Part shown: positions 25,001 through 39,000 of the stretch, piece after piece
Position numbering within the stretch: position 1 is the stretch's first letter
Layout: the number at the start of each line of letters is the position of its first letter
NCBI GenBank assembly: GCA_964016885.1
Contig: OZ024740.1
Coordinates: 399,528,001-399,592,000 of the forward strand
DNA: 64,000 nt
Reading direction: 5' to 3'
From: Eledone cirrhosa
Taxonomy: Eukaryota
Translations under genes and position numbers: made by a program
Notes under the pieces: generated by a model
What the model was told of the DNA's origin: nothing
The model's input: the letters and a program-made list of their open reading frames with translations, nothing else
Databases searched by the model: none

Positions 25001-27200
25001 TTTTTGTGACTCCTACACGACTACTTTACAGTGTGGGATGGGTGCTTTTTGTTGTGACTCCTACACGACCACTTTACAGTGTGGGATGGGTGCTTTTTGT
25101 TGTGACACCTACACGACCACTTTACACTCTGGGCTGGGTGCTTTTTGTTGTGACTCCTACACGACCACTTTACAGTGTGGGCTGGGTTCTTTTTGTTGTG
25201 ACTCCTACATGACCACTTTACAGTGTGGGATGGGTGCTTTTTGTTCTGACTCCTACACGACCACTTCACACTCTGGGCAGGGTGCTTTTTGTTGTGACTC
25301 CTACATGACCACTTTACAGTGTGGGCTCGGTGCTTTTTGTTGTGACTCCTACACGACCACTTTACACTCTGGGCTGGGTGCTTTTTGTTGTGACTCCTAC
25401 ACGACCACTTTACACTGTGGGCTGGGTGCTTTTTGTTGACTTCTACACGACCACTTTACACTCTGGGCTGGGTGCTTTTTGTTGTGACTCCTACACGACC
25501 ACTTTACACTGTGGGCTGGGTGCTTTTTTTTGTGACTCCTACACGACTACTTTACAGTGTGGGATGGGTGCTTCTTGTTGTGACTGCTACACGACCACTT
25601 TACACTCTGGGCTGGGTGCTTTTTGTTGTGACTCCTACACGACCACTTTACACTGTGGTCTAGGTGCTTTTTGTTATGACTTCTACACGACCACTTTACA
25701 GTGTGGGCTCGGTGCTTTTTGTTGTGACTCCTACACGACCACTTTACACTCTGGGCTGGGTGCTTTTTGTTGTGACTCCTACACGACCACTTTACACTCT
25801 GGGCGGGGTGCTTTTTGTTGACTTCTACACGACCACTTTACAGTGTGGGCTGGGTGCTTTTTGTTGTGACTCCTACACGACCACTTTACACTCTGGGCTG
25901 GGTGCCTTTTGTTGTGACTCCAACACGACCACTTTACACTGTGGGCTGGGTGCTTTTTGTTGGGACTCCTACACGACCACTTTACACTGTGGGCTGGGTG
26001 CTTTTTGTTGGGACTCCTACACGACCACTTTACACTCTGGGCTAGGTGCTTTTTGTTGTGACTCCTACATGAGCACTTTACACTGTGGGCAGGGTACTTT
26101 TTGTTGTGACTCCTACACAACCACTTTACAGTGTGGGCTGGGTGCTTTTTGTTGTGACTCCTACATGACCAATTTACAGTGTGGGCTCGGTGCTTTTTGT
26201 TCTGACTCCTACACAATCACTTTACAGTGTGGGATGGGTGCTTTTTGTTATGACTTCTACACGACCACTTTACAGTGTGGGCTCGGTGCTTTTTGTTGTG
26301 ACTCCTACACGACCACTTTACACTCTGGGCTGGGTGCTTTTTGTTGTGACTCCTACACAACCACTTTACAGTGTGGGCTGGGTGCTTTTTGTTGTGACTC
26401 CTAAATGACCACTTTACAGTGGGATGGGTGCTTTTTGTTGTGACTCCTACACGACCAATTTACAGTGTGGGCTGGGTGCTTTTTGTTTTGACTCCTACAT
26501 GACCACTTTACAGTGGGATGGTTTCTTTTTGTTGCGACTCCTACACGACCACTTTACAGTGTTGGCTGGGTGCTTTTTTTTGTGACTCCTACACGACTAC
26601 TTTACAGTGTGGGATGGGTGCTTTTTGTTGTGACTGCTACACGACCACTTTAAACTTTGGGCTGGGTGCTTTTTGTTGTGACTCCTACACGACCACTTTA
26701 CACTGTGGGCTGGGTACTTTTTGTGATGACTTCTACACGACCACTTTACAGTGTGGGATGTGTGCTTTTTTTTGTGACTCCTACACGACTACTTTACAGT
26801 GTGGGATGGGTGCTTTTTGTTGTGAGTCCTACACGACCACTTTACACTCTGGGCTGGGTGCTTTTTGTTGTGACTCCTACACGACCACTTTACACTCTGG
26901 GCTGGGTGCTTTTTGTTGTGACTCCTACACGACCACTTTACACTGTGGTCTGGGTGCTTTTTGTTATGACTTCTACACGACCACTTTACAGTGTGGGCTC
27001 GGTGCTTTTTGTTGTGACTCCTACACGACCACCTTACACTCTGGGCTGGGTGCTTTTTGTTGTGACACCTACACGACCACTTTACACTCTGGGCTGGGTG
27101 CTTTTTGTTGACTTCTACACGACCACTTTACAGTGTGGGCTGGGTGCTTTTTGTTGTGACTCCTACACGACCACTTTACACTCTGGGCTGGGTGCTTTTT
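4060..27200 (+). repeat. Proximal satellite domain with irregular 3-6.3 kb block duplications
   Basis: Near-identical ORF-track blocks recur at offsets 2959 (4857/7816, 5354/8313), 4822 (7161/11983), 4868 (9459/14327, 10140/15008), 5070 (16615/21685) and 6217-6311 (18241/24458, 20207/26518). Confidence 0.85.
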
Positions 27201-30059
27201 GTTGTGACTCCTACATGACCACTTTACACTGTGGGCAGGGTACTTTTTGTTGCGACTCCTACGCAACCACTTTACAGTGTGGGCTGGGTGCTTTTTGTTG
27301 TGATTCCTACATGACCAATTTACAGTGTGGGCTCGATGCTTTTTGTTGTGACTCCTACACAATAACTTTACAGTGTGGGATGGGCGCTTTTTGTTGTGAC
27401 TCCTACATGACCACTTTACACTGTGGGCTGGGTGCTTTTTGTTATGACTTCTACACGACCACTTTACAGTGTGGGCTCGGTGCTTTTTGTTGTGACTCCT
27501 ACACGACCACTTTACAGTGTGGGCTGGGTGCTTTTTGTTGTGACTTCTAAATGACCACTTTACAGTAGGATGGGTGCTTTTTGTTGTGACTCCTACATGA
27601 CCAATTTACAGTGTGGGCTGGGTGCTTTTTGTTTTGACTCCTACATGACCACTTTACAGTGGGATGGGTGCTTTTTGTTGCGACTCCTACACGACCACTT
27701 TACAGTGTGGGCTGGGTGCTTTTTTTTGTGACTCCTACACGACTACTTTACAGTGTGGGATGGGTGCTTTTTGTTGTGACTGCTACACGACCACTTTACA
27801 CTCTGGGCTGGGTGCTTTTTGTTGTGACTCCTACACGACCACTTTACACTGTGGGTTGGGTGCTTTTTCTTATGACTTCTACACGACCACTTTACAGTGT
27901 GGGCTTGGTGCTTTTTGTTGTGACTCATACACGACCACTTTACACTCTGGGCTGGGTGCTTTTTGTTGTGACTCCTACACGACCACTTTACACTGTGGGC
28001 TGGGTACTTTTTGTGATGACTTCTACACGACCACTTTACAGTGTGGGCTGGGTGCTTTTTGTCGGGACTCCTACACGACCACTTTACAGTGTGGGCTGGG
28101 TGCTTTTTGTTTTGACTCCTACATGACCACTTTACAGTGGGCTGGGTGCTTTTTGTTGTGACTCTTACACGACCACTTTACACTGTGGGCTGGGTGCTTT
28201 TTGTTGTGACTCCTACACGACCACTTTACAGTGTGGGCTGGGTGCTTTTTGTTGTGACTCCTAAATGACCACTTTACAGTGGGATGGGTGCTTTTTGTTG
28301 TGACTCTTACACGACCAATTTACAGTGTGGGCTGGGTGCTTTTTGTTTTGATTCCTACATGACCACTTTACAGTGGGATGGGTGCTTTTTGTTGCGACTC
28401 CTACACGACCACCTTACAGTGTGGGCGGGGCGCTTTTTTTTGTGACTCCTACACGACCACTTTACAGTGTGGGCTGGGTGCTTTTTGTTGTGACTCCTAC
28501 ACGACCACTTTACAGTGTGGGCTCGGTGCTTTTTGTTGTGACTCCTACACGACCACTTTACACTCTGGGCTGGGTGCTTTTTGTTGTGACTCCTACACGA
28601 CCACTTTACACTGTGGGCTGGGTATTTTTGTGATGACTTCTACACGACCACTTTACAGTGTGGGCTGGGTGCTTTTTGTCGGGACTCCTACACGACCACT
28701 TTACAGTGTGGGCTGGGTGCTTTTTGTTGTGACTCCTACACGACCACTTTACAGTGGGCTGGGTGCTTTTTGTTGTTACTCCTACACGACCACTTTACAC
28801 TGTGGGCGGGGTGCTTTTTGTTGTGACTCCTACACGACCACTTTACACTCTGGGCTGGGTGCTTTTTGTTGTGACTCCTACACGACCACTTTACAGTGTT
28901 GGCTGGGTGCTTTTTTTTGTGACTCCTACACGACTACTTTACAGTGTGGGATGGGTGCTTTTTGTTGTGACTGCTACACGACCACTTTAAACTTTGGGCT
29001 GGGTGCTTTTTGTTGTGACTCCTACACGACCACTTTACACTGTGGGCTGGGTACTTTTTGTGATGACTTCTACACGACCACTTTACAGTGTGGGCTGGGT
29101 GCTTTTTTTTGTGACTCCTCTACGACTACTTTACAGTGTGGGATGGGTGCTTTTTGTTGTGACTCCTACACGACCACTTTACACTCTGGGCTGGGTGCTT
29201 TTTGTTGTGACTCCTACACGACCATTTTACACTGTGGGCTGGGTACTTTTTGTGATGACTTCTACACGACCACTTTACAGTGTGGGCTGGGTGCTTTTTG
29301 TCGGGACTCCTACACGACCACTTTACAGTGTGGGCTGGGTGCTTTTTGTTGTGACTCCTACACGACGACTTTAGACTCTGGGCTGGGTGCTTTTTGTTGG
29401 GACTCCTACATGACCACTTTACACTCTGGGCTGGGTGCTTTTTGTTGTGACTCCTACACGACCACTTTACACTGTGGGCTGGGTGCTTTTTGTTATGACT
29501 TCTACACGACCACTTTACGGTGTGGGCTTGGTGCTTTTTGTTGTGACGCCTACACGACCACTTTACACTCTGGGCTGGGTGCTTTTTGTTGTGACTCCTA
29601 CACGACCACTTTACACTCTGGGCTGGGTGCTTTTTGTTGTGACTCCTAGATGACCACTTTACACTGTGGGCTGCGTGCTTTTTGTTATGACTTCTACACG
29701 ACCACTTTACAATGTGGGCTCGGTGCTTTTTATTGTGACTCCTACACGACTACTTTAAAGTGTGGGATGGGTGCTTTTTGTTGTGACTCCTACTAGACCC
29801 CTTTACACTGTGGGCTGGGTGCTTTTTGTTGTGACTCCTACACGACCACTTTACACTCTGGGCTGGGTGCTTTTTGTTGGGACTCCTACACGACCACTTT
29901 ACACTCTGGGCTGGGTGCTTTTTGTTGGGACTCCTACACGACCACTTTACACTGTGGGATGGGTGCTTTTTGTTGTGACTCCTACACGACCACTTTACAC
30001 TGTGGGCTGGGTGTTTTTCTTATGACTTCTACACGACCACTTTACAGTGTGGGCTCGGA

Positions 30060-33000
30060 GCTTTTTGTTGACTCCTACACGACCACTTTACACTCTGGGC
30101 TGGGTGCTTTTTTTTGTGACTCCTACATGACCACTTTACACTGTGCGCTGGGTACTTTTTGTTGGGACTCCTACACGACCACTTTACACTCTGGGCTGGG
30201 TGCTTTTTGTTATGACTTCTACATGACGACTTTACAGTGTGGGCTCGGTGCTTTTTGTTGTGACTCCTACACAACCACTTTACAGTGTGGGCTGGGTGCT
30301 TTTTTTTGTGACACCTACATGACTACTTTACAGTTTGGGATGGGTGCTTTTTGTTGTGACTCCTACATGACCACTTTACACTCTGGGCTTGGTGCTTTTT
30401 GTTGGGACTCCTACACGACCACTTTACACTGTGGGCTGGGTGCTTTTTGTTATGACTTTTACACGACCACTTTACAGTGTGGGCTCGGTGCTTTTTTTTG
30501 TGACTCCTACACGACTACTTTACAGTGTGGGCTGGGTGCTTTTTGTTGTGACTCCTACACGACCACTTTACACTGTGGGCTGGGTGCTTTTTGTTGTGAC
30601 TCCTAAATTACCACTTTACAGTGGGATGGGTGCTTTTTGTTGTGACTCTGTACACAACCAATTTACAGTGTGGGCTGGGTGCTTTTTGTTTTGACTCCTA
30701 CATGACCACTTTACAGTGGGATGGGTGCTTTTTGTTGCGACTCCTACACGACCACTTTACAGTGTGGGCTGGGTGCTTTTTTTTGTGACTCCTACACGAC
30801 CACTTTACAGTGTGGGATGGGTGCTTTTTGTTGTGACTCCTACACGACCACTTTACACTCTGGGCTGGGTGCTTTTTGTTGGGACTCCTACACGACCACT
30901 TTAAACTCTGGGCTGGGTGCTTTTTGTTGTGACTCGTACACGACCACTTTACACTGTGGGCTGGGTGCTTTTTGTTATGACTTCTACACGACCACTTTAC
31001 AGTGTGGGCTCGGTGCTTTTTGTTGTGACTCCTACACAACCACTTTACAGTGTGGGCTGGGTGCTTTTTGTTGTGAATCCTACACGACCACTTTACACTC
31101 TGGGCTGGGTGCTTTTTGTTATGACTTCTATACGACCACTTTACAGTGTGGGATGGGTGCTTTTTGTTGTGATTCCTAAATGACCACTTTACACTGTGGG
31201 TTGGGTGCTTTTTGTTATGACTTCCACACGACCACTTTACACTGTGGGCTCTGTGCTTTTTATTGTGACTCCTACACGACTACTTTACAGTGTGGGATGG
31301 GTGCTTTTTGTTGTGACTCCTACACGACTACTTTACAGTGTGGGATGGGTGCTTTTTCTTGTGACTCCTACACGACCACTTTACACTCTGGGCTGGGTGC
31401 TTTTTGTTGTGACTCCTACACGACCACTTTACACTGTGGGCTGGGTACTTTTTGTGATGACTTCTACACGACCACTTTACAGTGTGGGCTGGGTGCTTTT
31501 TGTCGGGACTCCTACACGACCACTTTACAGTGTGGGCTGGGTGCTTTTTGTTTTGACTCCTACATGACCACTTTACAGTGGGCTGGGTGCTTTTTGTTGT
31601 GACTCTTACACGACCACTTTACACTGTGGGCTGGGTGCTTTTTGTTGTGACTCTTACACGACCAATTTACAGTGTGGGCTGGGTGCTTTTTGTTTTGACT
31701 CCTACATGACCACTTTACAGTGGGATGGGTGCTTTTTGTTGCGACTCCTACACGACCACTTTACAGTGTGGGCTGGGTACTTTTTGTGATGACTTCTACA
31801 CGACCACTTTACAGTGTGGGCTGGGTGCTTTTTGTCGGGACTCCTACACGACCACTTTACAGTGTGGGCTGGGTGCTTTTTGTTGTGACTCCTACACGAC
31901 CACTTTACACTCTGGGCTGGGTGCTTTTTGTTGTGACTCCTACATGACCACTTTACACTGTGGGCTGGGTGCTTTTTCTTATGACTTCTACACGACCACT
32001 TTACAGTGGGCTCGGTGCTTTTTGTTGTGACTCCTACACGACCACTTTACAGTGTGGGATGGGTGCTTTTTGTTCTGACTCCTACACGACTACTTCACAC
32101 TCTGGGCTGGGTGCTTTTTGTTGTGACTCCTACATGACCACTTTACACTCTGGGCTGGGTGCGTTTTGTTGTGACTCCTACACGACCACTTTACACTCTG
32201 AGCTGGGTGCTTTTTGTTGACTTCTGTACGAACACTTTACAGTGTGGGCTGGGTGCTTTTTGTTGTGACTCCTACACGACCACTTTACACTCTGGGCTGG
32301 GTGCTTTTTGTTGTGACTCCTACACGACCACTTTACACTGTGGGCTGGGTGCTTTTTCTTACGACTTCTACACGACCACTTTACAGTGTGGGCTCGGTGC
32401 TTTTTGTTGTGACTCCTACACGACCACTTTACACTCTGGGCTGGGTGCTTTTTGTTGTGACTCCTACACGACCACTTTACACTCTGGGCTGGGTGCTTTT
32501 TGTTGTGACTCCTACATGACCACTTTACAGTGGGATGGGTGCTTTTTGTTGTGACTCCTCCACGACCACTTTACACTCTGGGCTGGGTGCTTTTTGTTGT
32601 GACTCCTACACGACCACTTTACACTGTGGGCTGGGTGCTTTTTCTTATGACTTCTACACGACCACTTTACACTCTGGGCTGGGTGCTTTTTGTTGTGACT
32701 CCTACACGACCACTTTACACTGTGGGCTGGGTGCTTTTTCTTATGACTCCTATACGACCACTTTACAATGTGGGATGGGTGCTTTTTGTTGTGACTCCTA
32801 AATGACCACTTTACACTGTGGGCTGGGTGCTTTTTGTTGTGACTCCTACACGACCACTTTACACTGTGGGCTGGGTGCTTTTTGTTATGACTTCTACACG
32901 ACCACTTTACACTGTGGGCTGGGTGCTTTTTATTGTGACTCCTACACGACTACTTTACAGTGTGGGATGGGTGCTTTTTGTTGTGACTCCTACACGACCA

Positions 33001-36000
33001 CTTTACACTCTGGGCTGGGTGCTTTTTGTTGGGACTCCTACACGACCACTTTACACTCTGGGCTGGGTGCTTTTTGTTATGACTTCTACACGACGACTTT
33101 ACAATGTGGGCTCGGTGCTTTTTGTTGTGACTCCTACACGACCACTTTACACTCTGGGCTGGGTGCTTTTTGTTGTGACTCCTACACGACCACTTTACAC
33201 TGTGGGCTGGGTACTCTTTGTGATGACTTCTACACGACCACTTTACAGTGTGGGCTGGGTGCTTTTTGTTGGGACTCCTACACGACCACTTTACAGTGTG
33301 GGCTGGTTGCTTTTTGTTTTGACTCCTACATGACCACTTTACAGTGGGCTGGGTGCTTTTTGTTGTGATTCTTACACGACCACTTTACACTGTGGGCTGG
33401 GTGCTTTTTGTTGTGACTCTTACACGACCAATTTACAGTGTGGGCTGGGTGCTTTTTGTTTTGACTCCTACATGACCACTTTACAGTGGGATGGGTGCTT
33501 TTTGTTGCGACTCCTATACGACCACTTTACAGTGTGGGCCGGGCGCTTTTTTTTGTGACTCCTACACGACCACTTTACATTGTGGGCTGGGTGCTTTTTG
33601 TTCTGACTCCTACATGACCACTTTACAGTGTGGGCTCGGTGCTTTTTGTTGTGACTCCTACAGGACCACTTTACACTCTGGGCTGGGTGCTTTTTGTTGT
33701 GACTCCTACACGACCACTTTACACTGTGGGCTGGGTACTTTTTGTGATGACTTCTACACGACCACTTTACAGTGTGGGCTGGGTGCTTTTTGTCGGGACT
33801 CCTACACGACCACTTTACAGCGTGGGCTGGGTGCTTTTTGTTGTGACTCCTACACGACCACTTTACAGTGTGGGACGGGTGCTTTTTGTTGTGACTCCTA
33901 CACGACCACTTTACACTCTGGGCTGGGTGCTTTTTGTTGTGACTCCTACACGACCACTTTACACTGTGGGCTGGGTGCTTTTTGTTATGACTTCTACACG
34001 ACCACTTTACACTGTGGGCTCGGTGCTTTTTATTGTGACTCCTACACGACTACTTTACAGTGTGGGATGGGTGCTTTTTGTTGTGACTCCTACACGACCA
34101 CTTTACACTGTGGGACGGGTGCTTTTTGTTGTGACTCCTACATGACCACTTTACACTCTGGGCTGGGTGCTTTTTGTTGGGACTCCTACACGACCCCTTT
34201 ACACTCTGGGCTGGGTGCTTTTTCTTATGACTTCTACACGACCACTTTACAGTGTGGGCTCGGTGCTTTTTGTTGTGACTCCTACACGACCACTTTACAC
34301 TGTGGGCTGGGTGCTTTTTGTTGACTTCTATACGAACACTTTACAGTGTGGGCTGGGTGCTTTTTATTGTGACTCCTACACGACCACTTTACACTCTGGG
34401 CTGGGTGCTTTTTGTTGTGACTTCTACACGACCACTTTACACTGTGGGCTGGGTGCTTTTTCTTATGACTTCTACACGACCACTTTACAGTGTGGGCTCG
34501 GTGCTTTTTGTTGTGACTCCTACACGACCACTTTACACTTTGGGCTGGGTGCTTTTTGTTGTGACTCCTACACGACCACTTTACACTGTGGGCTGGGTGC
34601 TTTTTCTTATGACTTCTACATGACCACTTTACACTCTGGGCTGGGTGCTTTTTGTTGTGACTCCTACACGACCACTTTACAGTGTGGGCTGGGTGCTTTT
34701 TGTTGTGCCTCCTACATGACCACTTTACAGTGGGATGGGTGCTTTTTGTTGTGACTCCTCCACGACCACTTTACACTCTGGGCTGGGTGCTTTTTGTTGT
34801 GACACCTACACGACCACTTTACAGTGTGGGCTGGGTGCTTTTTGTTGTGACTCCTACACGACCACTTTACAGTGTGGGATGGGTGCTTTTTGTTGTGACA
34901 CCTACACGATCACTTTACAGTGTGGGATGGGTGCTTTTTGTTCTGACTCCTACACGACCACTTCACACTCTGGGCTGGGTGCTTTTTGTTGTGACGCCTA
35001 CATGACCACTTTACACTGTGGGCGGGTGCTTTTTGTTTACTTCTACACGACCACTTTACAGTGTGGGCTGGATGCTTTTTCTTGTGACTCCTACACGACC
35101 ACTCAACACTCTGGGCTGGGTGCTTTTTGTTGTGACTCCTACACGACCACTTTACACTGTGGGCTGGGTGCTTTTTGTTGGGACTCCTACACGACCACTT
35201 TACACTCTGGGCTGGGTGCTTTTTGTTGTGACTCCTACATGACCACTTTACACTGTGGGCAGGGTACTTTTTGTTGTGACTCCTACACAACCACTTTACA
35301 GTGTGGGCTGGGTGCTTTTTGTTGTAATTTCTACATGACCAATTTACAGTGTGGGCTCGGTGCTTTTTGTTGTGACTCCTACACAATCACTTTACAGTGT
35401 GGGATGGGTGCTTTTTGTTGTGACTCCTACACGACCACTTTGCACTCTGGGCTGGGTGCTTTTTGTTGGGACTCCTACAAAACCACTTTACAATATGGGC
35501 TGGGTGCTTTTTGTTATGACTTCTACAAGACCACTTTACAATGTGGGCTCGGTGCTTTTTGTTGTGACTCCTACACGACCACTTTACACTCTGGGCTGGG
35601 TGCTTTTTGTTGTGACTCCCACACAACCACTTTACAGTGTGGGCTGGGTGCTTTTTGTTGTGACTCCTAAATGACAACCTTACAGTGGGATGGGTGCTTT
35701 TTGTTGTGTCTCCTACACGACCAATTTACAGTGTGGGCTGGGTGCTTTTTTTTGTGACTCCTACACGACTACTTTACAGTGTGGGATGGGTGCTTTTTGT
35801 TGTGACTCCTACACGACCACTTTACACTCTGGGCTGGGTGCTTTTTGTTGGGACTCCTACACGACCACTTTACACTCTGGGCTGGGTGCTTTTTGTTGTG
35901 ACTCCTACACGACCACTTTACACTGTGGGCTGGGTACTTTTTGTGATGACTTCTACACGACCACTTTACAGTGTGGGCTGGGTGCTTTTTGTCGGGACTC

Positions 36001-39000
36001 CTACACGACCACTTTACAGTGTGGGCTGGGTGCTTTTTGTTGTGACTCCTACACGACCACTTTACACTGTGGGATGGGTGCTTTTTGTTGTGACTCCTAC
36101 ACGACCACTTTACACTCTGGGCTGGGTGCTTTTTGTTGTGACTCCTACACGACCACTTTACACTGTGGGCTGGGTGCTTTTTCTTATGACTTCTACACGA
36201 CCACTTTACTGTGTGGGCTTGGTGCTTTTTGTTGTGACTCCTACACGACCACTTTACACTGTGGGCTGGGTGCTTTTTGTTGTGACTCCTACACGACCAC
36301 TTTACACTCTGGGCTGGGTGCTTTTTATTGTGACTCCTACACGACTACTTTAAAGTGTGGGATGGGTGCTTTTTGTTGCGACTCCTACACGACCCCTTTA
36401 CACTGTGGGCTGGGTGCTTTTTGTTGTGACTCCTACACGACCACTTTACACTCTGGGCTGGGTGCTTTTTGTTATGACCTCTATACGACCACTTTACAGT
36501 GTGGGATGGGTGCTTTTTGTTGTGACTCCTAAATGAGCACTTTACACTGTGGGCTGGGTGCTTTTTGTTGTGACTCCTAAATGACCACTTTACGGTGGGA
36601 TGGGTGCTTTTTGTTGTGACTCCTACACGACCAATTTACAGGGTGGGCTGGGTGCTTTTTGTTTTGACTCCTACATGACCACTTTACACTCTGGGCTGGG
36701 TGCTCTTTGTTGGGACTCCTACACGACCACTTTACACTCTGGGCTGGGTGCTTTTTTTTGTGACTCCTACACGACTACTTTACAGTGTGGGATGGGTGCT
36801 TTTTGTTGTGACTCCTACACGACCACTTTACACTCTGGGCTGGGTGCTTTTTGTTGGGACTCCTACACGACCACTTTACACTCTGGGCTGGGTGCTTTTT
36901 GTTGTGACTGCTACACGACCACTTTACACTGTGGGCTGGGTACTTTTTGTGATGACTTCTACACGACCACTTTACAGTGTGGGCTGGGTGCTTTTTGTCG
37001 GGACTCCTACACGACCACTTTACAGTGTGGGCTGGGTGCTTTTTGTTTTGACTCCTACATGACCACTTTACAGTGGGATGGGTGCTTTTTGTTGTGACTC
37101 CTACATGACCACTTTACACTGTGGGCTGGGTGCTTTTTGTTGTGACTCCTACATGACCACTTTACAGTGTGGGCTGGGTGCTTTTTGTTGTGACTCCTAC
37201 ACGACCACTTTACACTCTGGGCTGGGTGCTTTTTGTTGTGACTCCTAGACGACCACTTTACACTGTGGGCTGGGTGCTTTTTGTTATGACTTCTACACGA
37301 CCACATAACACTGTGTGCTCGGTGCTTTTTATTGTGACTCCTACACGACTAATTTACAGTGTGGGATGGGTGCTTTTTGTTGTGACTCCTACACGACCAC
37401 TTTACACTCTGGGCTGGGTGCTTTTTGTTGGGACTCCTACACGACCACTTTACACTCTGGGCTGCGTGCTTTTTGTTGGGACTCCTACACGACCACTTTA
37501 CACTGTGGGCTGGGTGCTTTTTGTTGTGACTCCTACACGACCACTTTACACTGTGGGCTGGGTGCTTTTTGTTGGGACTCCTACACGACCACTTTACACT
37601 CTGGGTTGGGTGCTTTTTGTTGGGACTCCTACACGACCACTTTACACTGTGGGCTGGGTGCTTTCTGTTGGGACTCCTACACGACCACTTTACACTCTGG
37701 GCTGGGTGCTTTTTGTTGGGACTCCTTGACGACCACTTTACACTGTGGGCTGGGTGCTTTTTGTTATGACTCCTACACGACCACTTTACACTCTGGGCTG
37801 GGTGCTTTTTGTTGACTTCTACATGACCACTTTACAGTGAGGGCTGGGTGCTTTTAGTCGTGACTCCTACACAACCACTTTACAGTGTGGGCTGGGTGCT
37901 TTTTGTTGTGACTCCTAAATGAGCACTTTACACTGTGGGCTGGGTGCTTTTTGTTGTGACTCCTAAATGACCACTTTACGGTGGGATGGGTGCTTTTTGT
38001 TGTGACTCCTACACGACCAATTTACAGAGTGGGCTGGGTGCTTTTTGTTTTGACTCCTACATGACCACTTTACAGTGGGATGGGTGCTTTTTGTTGTGAC
38101 TCCTACACGACCACTTTACACTGTGGGCTGGGTGCTTTTTGTTGGGACTCCTACACGACCACTTTACACTCTGGGCTGGGTGCTTTTTGCTGTGACTCCT
38201 ACACGACCACTTTACACTGTGGGCTGGGTGCTTTTTGTTGGGACTCCTACACGACCACTTTACACTCTGGGTTGGGTGCTTTTTGTTGGGACTCCTACAC
38301 GACCACTTTACACTGTGGGCTGGGTGCTTTCTGTTGGGACTCCTACACGACCACTTTACACTGTGGGCTGGGTGCTTTTTGTTGGGACTCCTACACGACC
38401 ACTTTACACTCTGGGCTGGGTGCTTTTTGTTGGGACTCCTACACGACCACTTTACACTCTGGGCTGGGTGCTTTTTGTTGACTTCTACATGACCACTTTA
38501 CAGTGAGGGCTGGGTGCTTTTAGTCGTGACTCCTACACAACCACTTTACAGTGTGGGCTGGGTGCTTTTTGTTGTGACTCCCTAATGACCACTTTACAGT
38601 GGGATGGGTGCTTTTTGTTGTGACTCCTACACGACCACTTTACACTCTGGGCTGGGTGCTTTTTGTTGTGACTCCTACACAACGACTTTACAGTGTGGGC
38701 TGGGTGCTTTTTGTTGGGACTCCTACACGACCACTTTACACTCTGGGCTGGGTGCTTTTTGTTATAACTTCTATACGACCACTTTACAGTGTGGGAAGGG
38801 TGCTTTTTGTTGTGACTCCTAAATGACCACTTTACACTGTGGGCTGGGTGCTTTTTGTTGTGACTCCTAAATGACCACTTTACGGTGGGATGGGTGCTTT
38901 TTGTTGTGACTCCTACACGACCAATTTACAGGGTGGGCTGGGTGCTTTTTGTTGACTCCTACACGACCACTTTACACTCTGGGCTGGGTGCTTTTTTTTG

